64,000 nucleotides of DNA from Deltaproteobacteria bacterium. GTDB taxonomy: Bacteria > Desulfobacterota_D > UBA1144 > Nemesobacterales > UBA2774. A program made the translations under genes and the position numbers. The DNA is taken from assembly GCA_029262275.1 (NCBI GenBank), contig JAJCZS010000037.1, positions 42,721 through 106,720 of the forward strand, in the 5' to 3' direction. How positions within the stretch are numbered: position 1 is the stretch's first letter; every line of letters starts with the position of its first letter. Positions 1-10,167 of the stretch are shown here, piece by piece. Below the pieces are notes generated by a model that did no database searches, was not told where the DNA came from, and worked only from the letters and a program-made list of their open reading frames with translations.

Positions 1-1104
1 AGTAAACTTAAAGAATTAGGCATCATTCCTACCGCGAGATACTACACCACTGCCCTAGGCAATCCTGTAGGCGGTGAAAGTAAGGGAGTTCAATATGCCG
101 GTTTGTTGAATGCCTACCTGATATTTGATCTAGAGAAGCTCGTGGGCATTAAAAGAACTAGGTTTGTAATATCAGGATCGTGGGCTTCTGGTAGGAGTTT
201 AAGTGAAGAAAATATAGGAAATTTCTTTACCGCCTCTGAAGTGTTTAGTGGCAGGACTGTCAGATTATATCAACTCTTTTTAGAATCAGAAATTATAGAG
301 AATGTCCTCAGAGCTGCAGTCGGGAGAATCGCAGTGGGTGATGAATTTGCTACCTCTCCTCTATTCTACAATTATGTTAACACCTCCATAGATGGAAACC
401 CTATAAGTATTCCTATAAATGACAAGGGCTTTTTAATAATCCCGGATGCGGGCTGGGGGGCTCGCGTACATACTGCACCTATTGAAGAATTCTATATAAA
501 AGCAGGCGTGTATAACTCAAACCCTTCTGTTGGAGACGATGGTAATAATGGATTCGACTTCTCCTTTCGAAAGGGCGTAATCCTCATTAGTGAAATTGGT
601 TACTTGCATAATCAAAACAAATCTAGAGGAGGGCTTCCTGGAAGGTATACGTTTGGAGCTTTTTACGATACAAGAGAGTTCAAGAAATTATCAGACGAGA
701 CCAAAAAACAAAACGGCAACTATAGCTTTTATTGGATTCTTGAGCAGATGGTCTATCGTGAAAATGCCGTTGACGATCAGGGGCTTACTCCTTGGACATC
801 GTTTACAGTATCACCTGATGAAAGCATAAATACTTTTCCATTCTTTGTCTCAGGGGGACTTGTATATAAAGGACTGCTTCCAAATAGAAATTATGATAAG
901 GCAGCTTTTGGTTTTGCATACGGCAAAATTAGTGAAGATGTATTAGATAAGGACTATGAGTTGATGTTTGAGATTACATATCTGATACAGATGAAAAGGT
1001 GGCTTGAGATTCAACCTGATATTCAATGGATAGTAAATCCTGGAGGGAACTCTGATACACCTAATGCATTGGTTATAGGAATGCAAATGGTTATAGACAT
1101 TTGA
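1..1104 (+). CDS. Carbohydrate-selective porin, OprB family (5' truncated by window edge)
   Basis: Frame is open from base 1. OprB-like motifs: RLYQLF, GRIAVGDEF, C-terminal EITY...IQPDIQWIVNPGG...ALVIG. Confidence 0.85.
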   Translation, partial: SKLKELGIIPTARYYTTALGNPVGGESKGVQYAGLLNAYLIFDLEKLVGIKRTRFVISGSWASGRSLSEENIGNFFTASEVFSGRTVRLYQLFLESEIIENVLRAAVGRIAVGDEFATSPLFYNYVNTSIDGNPISIPINDKGFLIIPDAGWGARVHTAPIEEFYIKAGVYNSNPSVGDDGNNGFDFSFRKGVILISEIGYLHNQNKSRGGLPGRYTFGAFYDTREFKKLSDETKKQNGNYSFYWILEQMVYRENAVDDQGLTPWTSFTVSPDESINTFPFFVSGGLVYKGLLPNRNYDKAAFGFAYGKISEDVLDKDYELMFEITYLIQMKRWLEIQPDIQWIVNPGGNSDTPNALVIGMQMVIDI

Positions 1105-1120
1105 AACTAAAAAATATCTA

Positions 1121-1156
1121 AAAGAAAAAGCGGAGAAAGTCTTTGACTCTCTCCGC
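1121..1156 (-). terminator. Intrinsic terminator between convergent genes
   Basis: Minus strand GCGGAGAGAGTC-AAA-GACTTTCTCCGC followed by a T-rich tract, just after the stop of the hydrolase gene. Confidence 0.75.
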
Positions 1157-1170
1157 GATATCAATTTGTT

Positions 1171-1986
1171 TTAATTGTTTTCAGGCTGGAAAATTCTTTT
1201 TAAGAAAGCCTGAGTTTGTTCCCAAGATTTCTTATCTGCATCCGCATCGTATACAAGTGGAAGTTCAAATTTCTTTCCATACTCGTCTGCTGCTGGATTT
1301 GTAAAACTATGCTGAACGCCAGGGTATACAACTAATTCATAGTTAGCATCCGTGTCCTGCATAATTTTCTTGAATTTATCAAACTGTTCTTTTGGAACAA
1401 ACGGATCATCCCCACCATGGAAAACTACTATATCAGCTGTAGGTTTTGCTCCGTCTGGGGCTTCCTGTGGAAGAATTCCATGAAAACTTGCAACTCCGTC
1501 TAAATCCACACCTCTAAGAGCCATATTTAAAACCACAGCTCCACCAAAACAATATCCGATTGCCGCTATGTATTCAGGATTTACACTTTTCTGCTCCTCA
1601 AGGAACTTCATTGCAGCTGTAAACCTTGCTTCAGCAACGTCAAGGTTGCCAAGAACTGAACCTGCAAGCTCTCCTGCTTTCTCGGGGTGATCTGCATTCT
1701 GAGCGTCCCCGTACATATCTACAGCAAGAGCGGTGTAACCAAGCTCTGCAAGTGTATTTGCTCTAGCTCTTGCATAATCGTTATGACCCCACCATTCGTG
1801 AACAACTAAAACTCCGGGTCTTTCACCTTTAACACTGTCATCATAGGCTAGGTACCCTTTTAGGGTTGTGCCATCTGATTTATATTCAACATCTTTTCCT
1901 ACTACCTTGGCTGATGCTGAAATAGATAGGAACGTAAATACTAATACTAGAAATATGCTCAAAATTCTCATGCTAAATGCCTCCAT
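1171..1986 (-). CDS. Dienelactone hydrolase family protein, exported
   Basis: Signal peptide; VHEWWG, nucleophile motif GYCFGG, HG..D and HSF motifs. Confidence 0.9.
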   Translation of the reverse strand: MEAFSMRILSIFLVLVFTFLSISASAKVVGKDVEYKSDGTTLKGYLAYDDSVKGERPGVLVVHEWWGHNDYARARANTLAELGYTALAVDMYGDAQNADHPEKAGELAGSVLGNLDVAEARFTAAMKFLEEQKSVNPEYIAAIGYCFGGAVVLNMALRGVDLDGVASFHGILPQEAPDGAKPTADIVVFHGGDDPFVPKEQFDKFKKIMQDTDANYELVVYPGVQHSFTNPAADEYGKKFELPLVYDADADKKSWEQTQAFLKRIFQPENN

Positions 1987-2094
1987 GTGTGTTATCTTAG
2001 ATTATTCAGTGATATATAGTTTTATAGCGTAAATCAAGAATATCATAGACTAATCCTATTATACTAGGATATCACATATTGAGAAAAAGATTCA

Positions 2095-3624
2095 ATGACA
2101 CGTAAGCAGATACTCACTTTCTTTGCAATGGGACTGGGAATATTTGCAGTCGCTGTAGATATAACTGCCATAAATGTTGCTATTCCTGCCATTGAGAAAG
2201 CCTTTAAAGCCGATGTTGATACCATACAGTGGTTAGTTAATGGCTACATACTGTCGTTTGGCGTTTTGATGGTAACTTTCGGAAGACTCGCGGATATCTT
2301 TGGACGTAAAAAAATATTTTTTATGGGACTGTTGGTTTTTGGATTATCTTCTCTTGCGGGAGCCTTATCAACTAGTGCAGCTATGATAATTGCAGCTAGG
2401 GTTGTTCAAGGGGTAGGGGGAGCAATGCTATGGCCATGTATCATTGGAATTCTTTATTCTACAGTTGATGATGATAAAAAGAGTTTAGCTGGTGGATTAC
2501 TAATGGCCATCGCTGGTCTAGGTAATGCCGCAGGTCCATTGATTGGCGGAGCTTTAACAGAATTTGCATCTTGGCGTTGGGTGCTATTTATTAATGTTCC
2601 CATTTGTATTATTGCTGGAATTATTACTTATCTAGAGGTTGGAAAGCAAGAAGTTCAAGAAGGAAAGAGTGATGTAGATTATTTTGGGATTGTTGCGATC
2701 TCAGTATCTTTAGTAGCCCTTCTATATGCTTTAAATGTCTCCCCTTCTTGGGGCTGGGCTTCATATAAGACAATCTCGCTCATGGTTATATTTGTTGCAT
2801 TTATGGCTTTCTTTTTGATCATTGAGACAAGAAAGGATGATGGATTAATACCAAAGGACGTGCTAGGGAATTTTCAATTCATGATCGCAGGCACCATAAT
2901 GTTTACTTTTATACCCGGATTCTTTGCGATTCTCCTATACGTTACTCAGTATTTAGAAAAGTTCCTAAATTACACCCCACTTGAGGCGGGAGCTGTTCTT
3001 GTTCCAATGCTTGTAGTTTTTTCTGCAACCTCTGCGATGTCTGCCAAAATATACAACATGATGGGGGCAAGATTATCTATCTTTATTGGAATGTTGCTTA
3101 GCACCATAGGAATTGTTTTAGTAGTTCTGTTCGGTTTTGGCTCCAGTTCCAGCTTCTATGGATTACTCCCTGGTTTCTTGGTAAGTGGCGTAGGGATAGG
3201 ACTTGTGGTTCCTTCGATTACTACTGCTGGAATCAGCGCAGTAAGTGAATCAAGGGGTAGTTTGGCTGGTGGTATCATCTATATGTTCCAACTGGTTGGT
3301 GGTGCATTTGGTCTAGCCGTTGTGACAACAATTTTTACCGATTTTGCTAAAGACGATTTATTAACAAGGTTGCAAGATTCAAGCTTGAAATTGTCTAATA
3401 CCGAACTCTCAGAAGTTGTTAATTTTGTTATAGGTAGCGGAAGTAGTAAGTCTATTTTAAATAGTCTAGGTCAGCAAGAGTACAATACTGTTTTCAATCA
3501 TATACACCATGCCTACGTAACTGGCGTAAGCAGCGGGCTCATATTTACAGCGATCTTTTGCGGCCTTGGAGCATTACTAACAATATTGTTTGTTAAGAAT
3601 AAAGGCGCTCATAGTAACCCTTAA
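2095..3624 (+). CDS. MFS efflux transporter, DHA2 (EmrB/QacA-like)
   Basis: Many hydrophobic helices; motif A GRLADIFGRK; ARVVQGVGGA; WRWVLFINVP. Confidence 0.9.
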   Translation: MTRKQILTFFAMGLGIFAVAVDITAINVAIPAIEKAFKADVDTIQWLVNGYILSFGVLMVTFGRLADIFGRKKIFFMGLLVFGLSSLAGALSTSAAMIIAARVVQGVGGAMLWPCIIGILYSTVDDDKKSLAGGLLMAIAGLGNAAGPLIGGALTEFASWRWVLFINVPICIIAGIITYLEVGKQEVQEGKSDVDYFGIVAISVSLVALLYALNVSPSWGWASYKTISLMVIFVAFMAFFLIIETRKDDGLIPKDVLGNFQFMIAGTIMFTFIPGFFAILLYVTQYLEKFLNYTPLEAGAVLVPMLVVFSATSAMSAKIYNMMGARLSIFIGMLLSTIGIVLVVLFGFGSSSSFYGLLPGFLVSGVGIGLVVPSITTAGISAVSESRGSLAGGIIYMFQLVGGAFGLAVVTTIFTDFAKDDLLTRLQDSSLKLSNTELSEVVNFVIGSGSSKSILNSLGQQEYNTVFNHIHHAYVTGVSSGLIFTAIFCGLGALLTILFVKNKGAHSNP

Positions 3625-3753
3625 AGATTGCAAGGACAGCAAAAATTGATTGTGGAACGCACTTGAGTGAGTTACCATTATCCCTACAATTCAAATGGCG
3701 AATAAACATAAGTTTTATAAGACCTTACTTTATAAATATGAGCTAATTAGGTA

Positions 3754-6700
3754 TTGCATGTGAGAAAAGTTAAAAAGTTCTCTGTTTGGTTATCGGTATC
3801 TCTTGGAATTCTGATAATTCTAATAGGCGTGGCCTTTTATATAGCATCCAATCTAATACAGAAAGATTCTGTAAAAGAGAAGATTCATAATTTGATATCA
3901 AAAAAAGTTGGTGGGGATGTTAATTATGAAAGCATGAATCTTTACTTCTTTCATTGGCCTCATGTGGCAATAAAAAAAGCTGAGATCTCGATACCTGGAA
4001 AAGTTGAAGGCAGTTTTGATTCTATACTCGTATACCCTAAAATACTCCCTCTCCTATATGGAAATGTAGAAGTTTCGGAATTAAGATTCAATAGACCTCA
4101 AGTCACCCTTAACATTCCGGAAAAATCTGATGAAGAGAAGCCGGCAGATGCGGAGCCTTTTTCTTTTGATGAGCATAAAGAGCAATTAGTCAAAATCTTA
4201 GATTATCTGAATTCTAATTGGAAAGGGTTTGATGCCAGGATTGATTACGGTAATTTAATTATTAAGAAATCAGGGGAAGACTTTCTTAATTTTAACAACC
4301 TAAATGCTGTTATTGATTTTCCAAGCAACTCTCTGAATTACAGAGTTTATGCAAATTCAAATATAAGCCAAACCATAAACCTTAAGGGTGCAATAAATAC
4401 AAAGGCTTATGATGCCAAAGGTCTAATTACTCTGAACAGATTTAAACCCCATATGCTTCTTCAATATCTGTCTCCAGATAATAAGTTAGTCTCAAAATCC
4501 AACATTGATTTAGACCTCAATTATAAATCCAAGGCATTAGACACATTGCAAGGCAATCTTGTAGTTTCAAATTCTGAGATAACTATAAGCAAAGGCAAGG
4601 AAGAGTTTCAGATTAGTGGTAACAAGATTGATACAGATATCCACCTCGATGAAAATGAGGCGATTTTTAATATCAACAACATTCATCTTTTTCATCCAGA
4701 TGTGAAAGCAACTGGTAAACATAGGTTTGATAGAAAAAATAATAGAGTTGAATTAAATCTATATGGGAATGATATAGATGTAGAATCCTCTAGGGATGCG
4801 GTTCTATTTGTGGTGGGAGGAGACCGTATCGTAGACCTTATTTTTAATATAGTAAGGGGAGGTACTATTCCACAAATAAGTCTTCAGGCTAGCGGAGAAG
4901 ACTTCAAGGATATGTGGAAGGGGGACAACTTCAAGATTAAGGGCAATATGACTAATGGTCGTATATTTATACCATATGGAGATTTCGATTTAACAGATGT
5001 TTCGGGGGATGCATTGATCGGGGGTGGCGAGCTTAAGGGAACAAATCTAAGGGCTAAATCAGGCAATTCAAGCGGTCATGACGGCACTTTTATAATTGGA
5101 CTAGAGGGCCCGATAGGCCCTTTACACCTGGACATTTCAGTAGATGCGGATGCATCAGAGATACCCTCAATAATAAAGAAATTTGTTGATGACCAAGGAT
5201 TCTTATACGAGCTCAGTTTAATTGAAAACTTAAAAGGTACTGCTAGTGGTAAATTAAATATTGGAGAGATGAAGAAGTCACCCAAAGTTGGTGTTTATGT
5301 ATCAGAGCTAGACATTGTTGGCGATTATAAAAGGGTCCCGGAGCCTGTAAGTATTAAAGGGAATGAGTTTCAATTTATTGATAAATCTATAGATTTTAAA
5401 GATCTCAATATCAAGATTGGCAACTTTGCCTCCCCACAAACCACAGGTTTTTATCATTGGAAAAATGAGAAGTTTATAGAACTTAACACTAAGCAGGCAA
5501 ACATCGATCTTGGTGTTTTATTTCCTTGGCTTAACTCTTTTGGAATCATTAAGCCGCATTTAAGACACATCGAGTCTATGGCAGGTTCAGCATTCTTCTC
5601 CGCAATTGGTTTTACCGGTCCAGTATCACAGTCTGATGAGTGGGAAATAAATGCTACGGGTAATGTTAAGGAAATTGATGTAAATTTAGAGGGTTTTGGC
5701 AGTGTAATGACTATCTCAAAAGCCGAAATTCAGTCTTCATTGCAAGAGATGACCTTGTCCAATGCGGCTATTAAGATTAAGGACAGTGTTATTAGTGCAG
5801 GAGCAGTATTAAATGATTATTTCAGAGATAATCTGAAATTTACTTTGGATTTTTATGGTGACATGCTTGCAGACGAGGCAGAACTTTTTTCTAATTACTT
5901 TAGTGTCCCCGAGTCTCTCACTTTCAAGAGTCCCATTTCAGTTACTGATTCAAGTTTAGTTGTACAAAAAATTCCCAGTTCTACGTCTCCTACGCTTAGT
6001 GATCCCAATATTTCTAAAACAGGAAATATAACTAAAGAACTTGATATCAATATGAATGTTGTAGCAGAATCATTGGAGTGGGCAGATTCAAAACCTGCTA
6101 ATGATCAAGAAAGTGTAGAGGTAGGAGAATTAACTAATGAAAGTAAAGAAAACAAGGGACGGACATCTTTAAACGGCAAAGTTTTGGTAAAGTCAGATAA
6201 TTTTCTTTATAAAGGATTTAACTGGGATACCGTAGGGGCAGAAGTGGCTTTTTTAGGAGACAAAATCGATGTGAATATTAGTGAGGCTAATCTCTGCGGT
6301 GTTGCTACTCCAGGTTTGTTAGAGATAACTTCACCAACTATAAAACTACAATTTGAAACTTTGTCAGAAAATGAAAGTTTAGCTGACGCAGTTCAGTGTT
6401 TATTCGATAAAGCAGGAATAATTGCTGGGGATTTTGATTTAGGAGGCACTATAAATTCAAATAGTGATATTGTCGATGTTATGACAGCACTTGAAGGAGA
6501 GTTAGAGTTAACTTCTAATGGCGGTAGAGTTAGTAAGTACGGTGGCCTTGCCAGGTTCTTCTCAGTGCTTAATTTTGGTGAAATTTTTAGGGGTAACAAT
6601 ATCGACTATGAGGATGAGGGTTTTCCTTATGATTTTATAACTGCAAGCGCTTATCTAGAAGAAGGCAAGTTAATGATTAAGGAAGCTGCTATGGATGGAC

Positions 6701-7071
6701 CGTCTTTAAAAGTAGTATGTGATGGGTCCATTGATTTGATAAACGAACAATACGATCTGAAAGTGCTAGTGATTCCAGTTCTGGCTGTTGATTCTGTAAT
6801 AGAGAAGATCCCTTTGATAGGAGCACTCTTAGGTAAGGATGTAGTTTCAATACCTATAAAAATAACAGGAGACTTCTCAGATCCTCAAATTAGCCAGCTA
6901 TCCCCTCATACAATAGGGGCGGGGCTTCTTGGAATAGTGAAACAAACACTAAATATCCCTGTGACACTAGTAAAGCCCCTCGACTCTGGCAAAAAAAAGA
7001 AAAAAGCGGAGTCAGAAACTACTGAAGAATCTGTTGCAGAGAATCTTGATGAAAAGACTCCTGAAGAATAA
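3754..7071 (+). CDS. AsmA-like/YhdP-type large periplasmic protein
   Basis: 1105 aa; single N-terminal TM; beta-rich body; C-terminal GFPYD...DGPSL..G.IDL..IP resembles AsmA-like C-termini. Start uncertain. Confidence 0.7.
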   Translation: MHVRKVKKFSVWLSVSLGILIILIGVAFYIASNLIQKDSVKEKIHNLISKKVGGDVNYESMNLYFFHWPHVAIKKAEISIPGKVEGSFDSILVYPKILPLLYGNVEVSELRFNRPQVTLNIPEKSDEEKPADAEPFSFDEHKEQLVKILDYLNSNWKGFDARIDYGNLIIKKSGEDFLNFNNLNAVIDFPSNSLNYRVYANSNISQTINLKGAINTKAYDAKGLITLNRFKPHMLLQYLSPDNKLVSKSNIDLDLNYKSKALDTLQGNLVVSNSEITISKGKEEFQISGNKIDTDIHLDENEAIFNINNIHLFHPDVKATGKHRFDRKNNRVELNLYGNDIDVESSRDAVLFVVGGDRIVDLIFNIVRGGTIPQISLQASGEDFKDMWKGDNFKIKGNMTNGRIFIPYGDFDLTDVSGDALIGGGELKGTNLRAKSGNSSGHDGTFIIGLEGPIGPLHLDISVDADASEIPSIIKKFVDDQGFLYELSLIENLKGTASGKLNIGEMKKSPKVGVYVSELDIVGDYKRVPEPVSIKGNEFQFIDKSIDFKDLNIKIGNFASPQTTGFYHWKNEKFIELNTKQANIDLGVLFPWLNSFGIIKPHLRHIESMAGSAFFSAIGFTGPVSQSDEWEINATGNVKEIDVNLEGFGSVMTISKAEIQSSLQEMTLSNAAIKIKDSVISAGAVLNDYFRDNLKFTLDFYGDMLADEAELFSNYFSVPESLTFKSPISVTDSSLVVQKIPSSTSPTLSDPNISKTGNITKELDINMNVVAESLEWADSKPANDQESVEVGELTNESKENKGRTSLNGKVLVKSDNFLYKGFNWDTVGAEVAFLGDKIDVNISEANLCGVATPGLLEITSPTIKLQFETLSENESLADAVQCLFDKAGIIAGDFDLGGTINSNSDIVDVMTALEGELELTSNGGRVSKYGGLARFFSVLNFGEIFRGNNIDYEDEGFPYDFITASAYLEEGKLMIKEAAMDGPSLKVVCDGSIDLINEQYDLKVLVIPVLAVDSVIEKIPLIGALLGKDVVSIPIKITGDFSDPQISQLSPHTIGAGLLGIVKQTLNIPVTLVKPLDSGKKKKKAESETTEESVAENLDEKTPEE

Positions 7072-7088
7072 AAGCTTATTAACTTCAG

Positions 7089-7529
7089 TTATCTATTTTT
7101 TAGAAGATCTCTGATTTCAGTCAGTAGTGTCTCTTCTTTTGAAGGTTCTGGCGGTGCAGCCGGTGCCTCTTCCTCTTTTCTCTTCATGTTGTTAATACTT
7201 CTTATTAAAAGAAATACCGCAAAAGCAACAATGAGGAAACTAATTATAGTATTTACAAACAGACCATAGTTTATAGTTACAGCCCCGGCCTCTTGTGCCT
7301 CAAGAAGAGCAGCATAAGGCCCAGCAGGCGTACCTTCTTTTAAGACACTAAACAGATTAGAAAAATCAACGTCCCCAAGGGCCAATCCGATAGGGGGCAT
7401 TATTACATCAGATACTAGAGATTTGATAATAGTACCAAAAGCGGCACCGATTATAATACCTACGGCCATATCTACAACATTGCCGCGCATTGCAAACTCT
7501 TTGAATTCTTTAAACATCCTGTCCTCCAT
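7089..7529 (-). CDS. mscL: Large-conductance mechanosensitive channel
   Basis: [20 protein letters not shown] and LLTEIRDLL signatures. Confidence 0.97.
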   Translation of the reverse strand: MEDRMFKEFKEFAMRGNVVDMAVGIIIGAAFGTIIKSLVSDVIMPPIGLALGDVDFSNLFSVLKEGTPAGPYAALLEAQEAGAVTINYGLFVNTIISFLIVAFAVFLLIRSINNMKRKEEEAPAAPPEPSKEETLLTEIRDLLKNR

Positions 7530-7665
7530 TTAATAAATTTTTAAATTAAGTCGATTATCTCATACACTGGGTCTGAGTTCAATAGAAATTTTAAATGTAC
7601 GTTTGTATTAGACTGGATAGGGACTGACTGATAAAATATTAAGTATTATTATATAAGAGGTTAAC

Positions 7666-7944
7666 TTGAAGATGAGTAATAAGTTAGAAATCATTTATTG
7701 TAAAAAGTGCAACTGGCTTATGCGCTCCTCTTGGATTGCCCAGGAGGTTTTATCTTCATTTGATGAGGAGCTCTCGGAAGTCTCCCCTATTCCTGGAACA
7801 GGCGGTATCTTTGAAATTAAATTAAATCACAAACTGATATGGTCTCTAAGTGATGAGAGAAGGTTCCCTGATATTAAAGAGCTCAAAAAACTTATAAGAG
7901 ACCAGATTGCACCAGAGAAGTCTTTAGGCCATACCGATAGGTAG
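7666..7944 (+). CDS. Rdx family (SelT/SelW/SelH-like) protein, Cys form
   Basis: IIYCKKCNW...WIAQE, GTGGIFEI, FPDIKELK...RD motifs. Confidence 0.88.
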   Translation: MKMSNKLEIIYCKKCNWLMRSSWIAQEVLSSFDEELSEVSPIPGTGGIFEIKLNHKLIWSLSDERRFPDIKELKKLIRDQIAPEKSLGHTDR

Positions 7945-7975
7945 AGTTTGACAGAGATAAAGAAGATCCGATCTT

Positions 7976-8656
7976 ATGACAGTATATTTACTTGATGATA
8001 CATTGATATTCCCTAATCCTGAGAATGCCGAACCTAATGGACTTCTTGCGGTCGGAGGTGATCTTAGCTCTGAGAGGCTCCTATTGGCTTATAGGAATGG
8101 TATTTTCCCCTGGTATTCCAAAGGCGACCCAATTATGTGGTTCTCTCCAGATCCACGGTTGATTATTCTACTAGATGACTTATATGTTTCCACCAAGTTA
8201 AAGAAGGTAATAAGATCAAATATGTTTGAGGTCAGGTTCGATAGTTGTTTTGAAGATGTTATTAAACACTGCTCTGAGAAGGACCGAAGGGGGCAAGATG
8301 GAACTTGGATCACAGATGAGATGGTCGATGCTTATATCTCCTTATATGAAAAGGGTTATGCGCACTCTGTTGAAACTTTTCATGATGGAGAGCTTGTGGG
8401 AGGCCTTTATGGAGTGTCTTTGGGAGGCTCCTTCTTTGGAGAATCTATGTTCTTTGAGGCGAGCAATGCTTCAAAAGTAGCTCTGTATCATCTTGTTGAA
8501 AAGCTAAAATCATGGAACTTTGATTTTATAGACTCCCAAGTTCCAAATGATCACATGAAAAGTATGGGTGGTAAGGAACTTGCTAGGGAAGACTTTCTTC
8601 ACCTTCTTGAGAAATCATTAACAAAGCAGACTAAAGTAGGTAACTGGGGGCTGTGA
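7976..8656 (+). CDS. aat: Leucyl/phenylalanyl-tRNA--protein transferase
   Basis: GLLAVGGDL, AY..GIFPW, AHSVE, GGLYGV, FFGESMF, ASKVA. Confidence 0.96.
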   Translation: MTVYLLDDTLIFPNPENAEPNGLLAVGGDLSSERLLLAYRNGIFPWYSKGDPIMWFSPDPRLIILLDDLYVSTKLKKVIRSNMFEVRFDSCFEDVIKHCSEKDRRGQDGTWITDEMVDAYISLYEKGYAHSVETFHDGELVGGLYGVSLGGSFFGESMFFEASNASKVALYHLVEKLKSWNFDFIDSQVPNDHMKSMGGKELAREDFLHLLEKSLTKQTKVGNWGL

Positions 8657-8664
8657 AACTCAAA

Positions 8665-8692
8665 TTGAAAAATGAATACATACTGGTATAAT
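8665..8692 (+). promoter_or_regulatory. Putative sigma70 promoter
   Basis: TTGAAA-16 nt-TATAAT with extended -10 TG, about 110 nt upstream of the 8803 start. Confidence 0.6.
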
Positions 8693-8802
8693 CTGACCTT
8701 CATTTAAGTTGGATGATTGACGGTGTAGTGGTAAGCCTTTTTATGTAAATCCTGCAATATCCATTGAATTTAATCTAAAATTATAATGAAAGGAGACTAT
8801 TA

Positions 8803-9261
8803 ATGAGCGAATGGACAGTTACAAACCATGGACATCCTGATATTAAACCTGAGAGCCACAAGAGAGCTATTTTTATAGGAAGATATCAGCCGTATCACGT
8901 AGGTCATTTGAGCTTGGTTAAACAAAAGTTAGATAAAGGCGTTCCTTGTCTGATTATGGTAAGAGATATTCCACCTGATGAGAAAAACCCTTTTACCACT
9001 GAGCAAACAGTAGATATGATCAGGAAATATCATGAGAGTAAAGGCGATGATGTTGTAGTAATGATCATCCCTGATATTGAATCAGTAAACTGGGGCAGAG
9101 GGGTTGGTTATGAGATGAATGAATTCTTCCCTCCTGAAAACATAGGCTGGGTTTCTGCTACTAAGATAAGGGCTTCGATAGGTGAGGGGAACGATGAGTG
9201 GAGAGAGCTAGTAGATGAATCCATTCAAGAAGATGTTGTTAAATATCTTAAAGGCGAGTAA
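8803..9261 (+). CDS. Cytidylyltransferase-like (HxGH) nucleotidyltransferase
   Basis: FIGRYQPYHVGH, KNPF and SATKIR motifs; AAGGAG RBS. Confidence 0.85.
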   Translation: MSEWTVTNHGHPDIKPESHKRAIFIGRYQPYHVGHLSLVKQKLDKGVPCLIMVRDIPPDEKNPFTTEQTVDMIRKYHESKGDDVVVMIIPDIESVNWGRGVGYEMNEFFPPENIGWVSATKIRASIGEGNDEWRELVDESIQEDVVKYLKGE

Positions 9262-9287
9262 TTAATTCTAATAAAGATAATATCAAA

Positions 9288-9324
9288 AATAGAGACGGCG
9301 ACATGTCGTCTCTATTCCTTTTTT
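9288..9324 (+). terminator. Intrinsic terminator
   Basis: AATAGAGACGGC-GACAT-GTCGTCTCTATT hairpin followed by CCTTTTTT. Confidence 0.75.
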
Positions 9325-9417
9325 AACCTAACGATTATTCTATAAACTCTAATTACTGGGTACAATCTATTTTCTTTTTATTAAAATTCATATTACCAAA
9401 CTAGGTGTCTATAGAGA

Positions 9418-10164
9418 ATGCCAAGATTACTTGTTTTTCAACATGTTGCCCATGAAATCTTAGGAACACTCGATCCGCTACTTAGGGACGCAGGTTTTAG
9501 AATCAAATATGTGAATTTTGAGCGCCACCCTGATGCAGAGCCCAATCTTGAGGGTTATGATGGGTTAATAGTTTTAGGGGGTCCTATGAATGTAGATGAG
9601 GTCGAGAGCTATCCCAATCTTAAGACAGAAGTAGACCTTATTAAGCTTGCTATAGAAAAAGAGATGCCTGTTTTGGGAGTATGTTTGGGATCTCAGCTTC
9701 TGGCAAAGGCTCTTGGGGCCAAAGTGACAACAAATTCTGAGAAAGAAATCGGTTGGTATGATGTTTCTCCTACTGGTGAGGGTCTTGAGGACTCACTTCT
9801 TTCAAATTTTATGCAAACTGAGAAGATTTTTCAGTGGCATGGCGATACCTTTGATCTGCCTAAGGGGGCAAAGCTTCTAGCTTCTTCCCCACTTTGTAAA
9901 AACCAGGCGTTTAGATATGGTGATAAGGTTTATGGGTTTCAGTTTCACCTAGAGGTAGATAAACCTATGATCGAGCGTTGGCTTCGGGTGCCTGAAAACA
10001 AAAAAGAAATAGAGGACTTAAAGGGCAAGATTGATCCTGAGCAGATAAAAGCCGATACACCTGAGCATATCTCTCGTCTCAACGATCTTAGCAACTTGGT
10101 ATTCAGCGATTTTCTAGAATTATTTGGTTATAACAAAAAACGGCAAACGTTGCCTTCAAGATAA
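9418..10164 (+). CDS. Stand-alone class I glutamine amidotransferase
   Basis: LGGPMN, GVCLGSQ (Cys), QWHGD, QFHLE (His-Glu). Confidence 0.9.
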   Translation: MPRLLVFQHVAHEILGTLDPLLRDAGFRIKYVNFERHPDAEPNLEGYDGLIVLGGPMNVDEVESYPNLKTEVDLIKLAIEKEMPVLGVCLGSQLLAKALGAKVTTNSEKEIGWYDVSPTGEGLEDSLLSNFMQTEKIFQWHGDTFDLPKGAKLLASSPLCKNQAFRYGDKVYGFQFHLEVDKPMIERWLRVPENKKEIEDLKGKIDPEQIKADTPEHISRLNDLSNLVFSDFLELFGYNKKRQTLPSR

Positions 10165-10167
10165 TCT

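Noticed and set aside
7666-7944. Possible selenoprotein (SelW-like)
   Set aside because: Motif is CKKC encoded by TGT/TGC; there is no in-frame TGA.
9288-9316. Hairpin resembling GTAG-type REP elements
   Set aside because: Only one copy seen, no RAYT/IS200 transposase, and its position fits a terminator.
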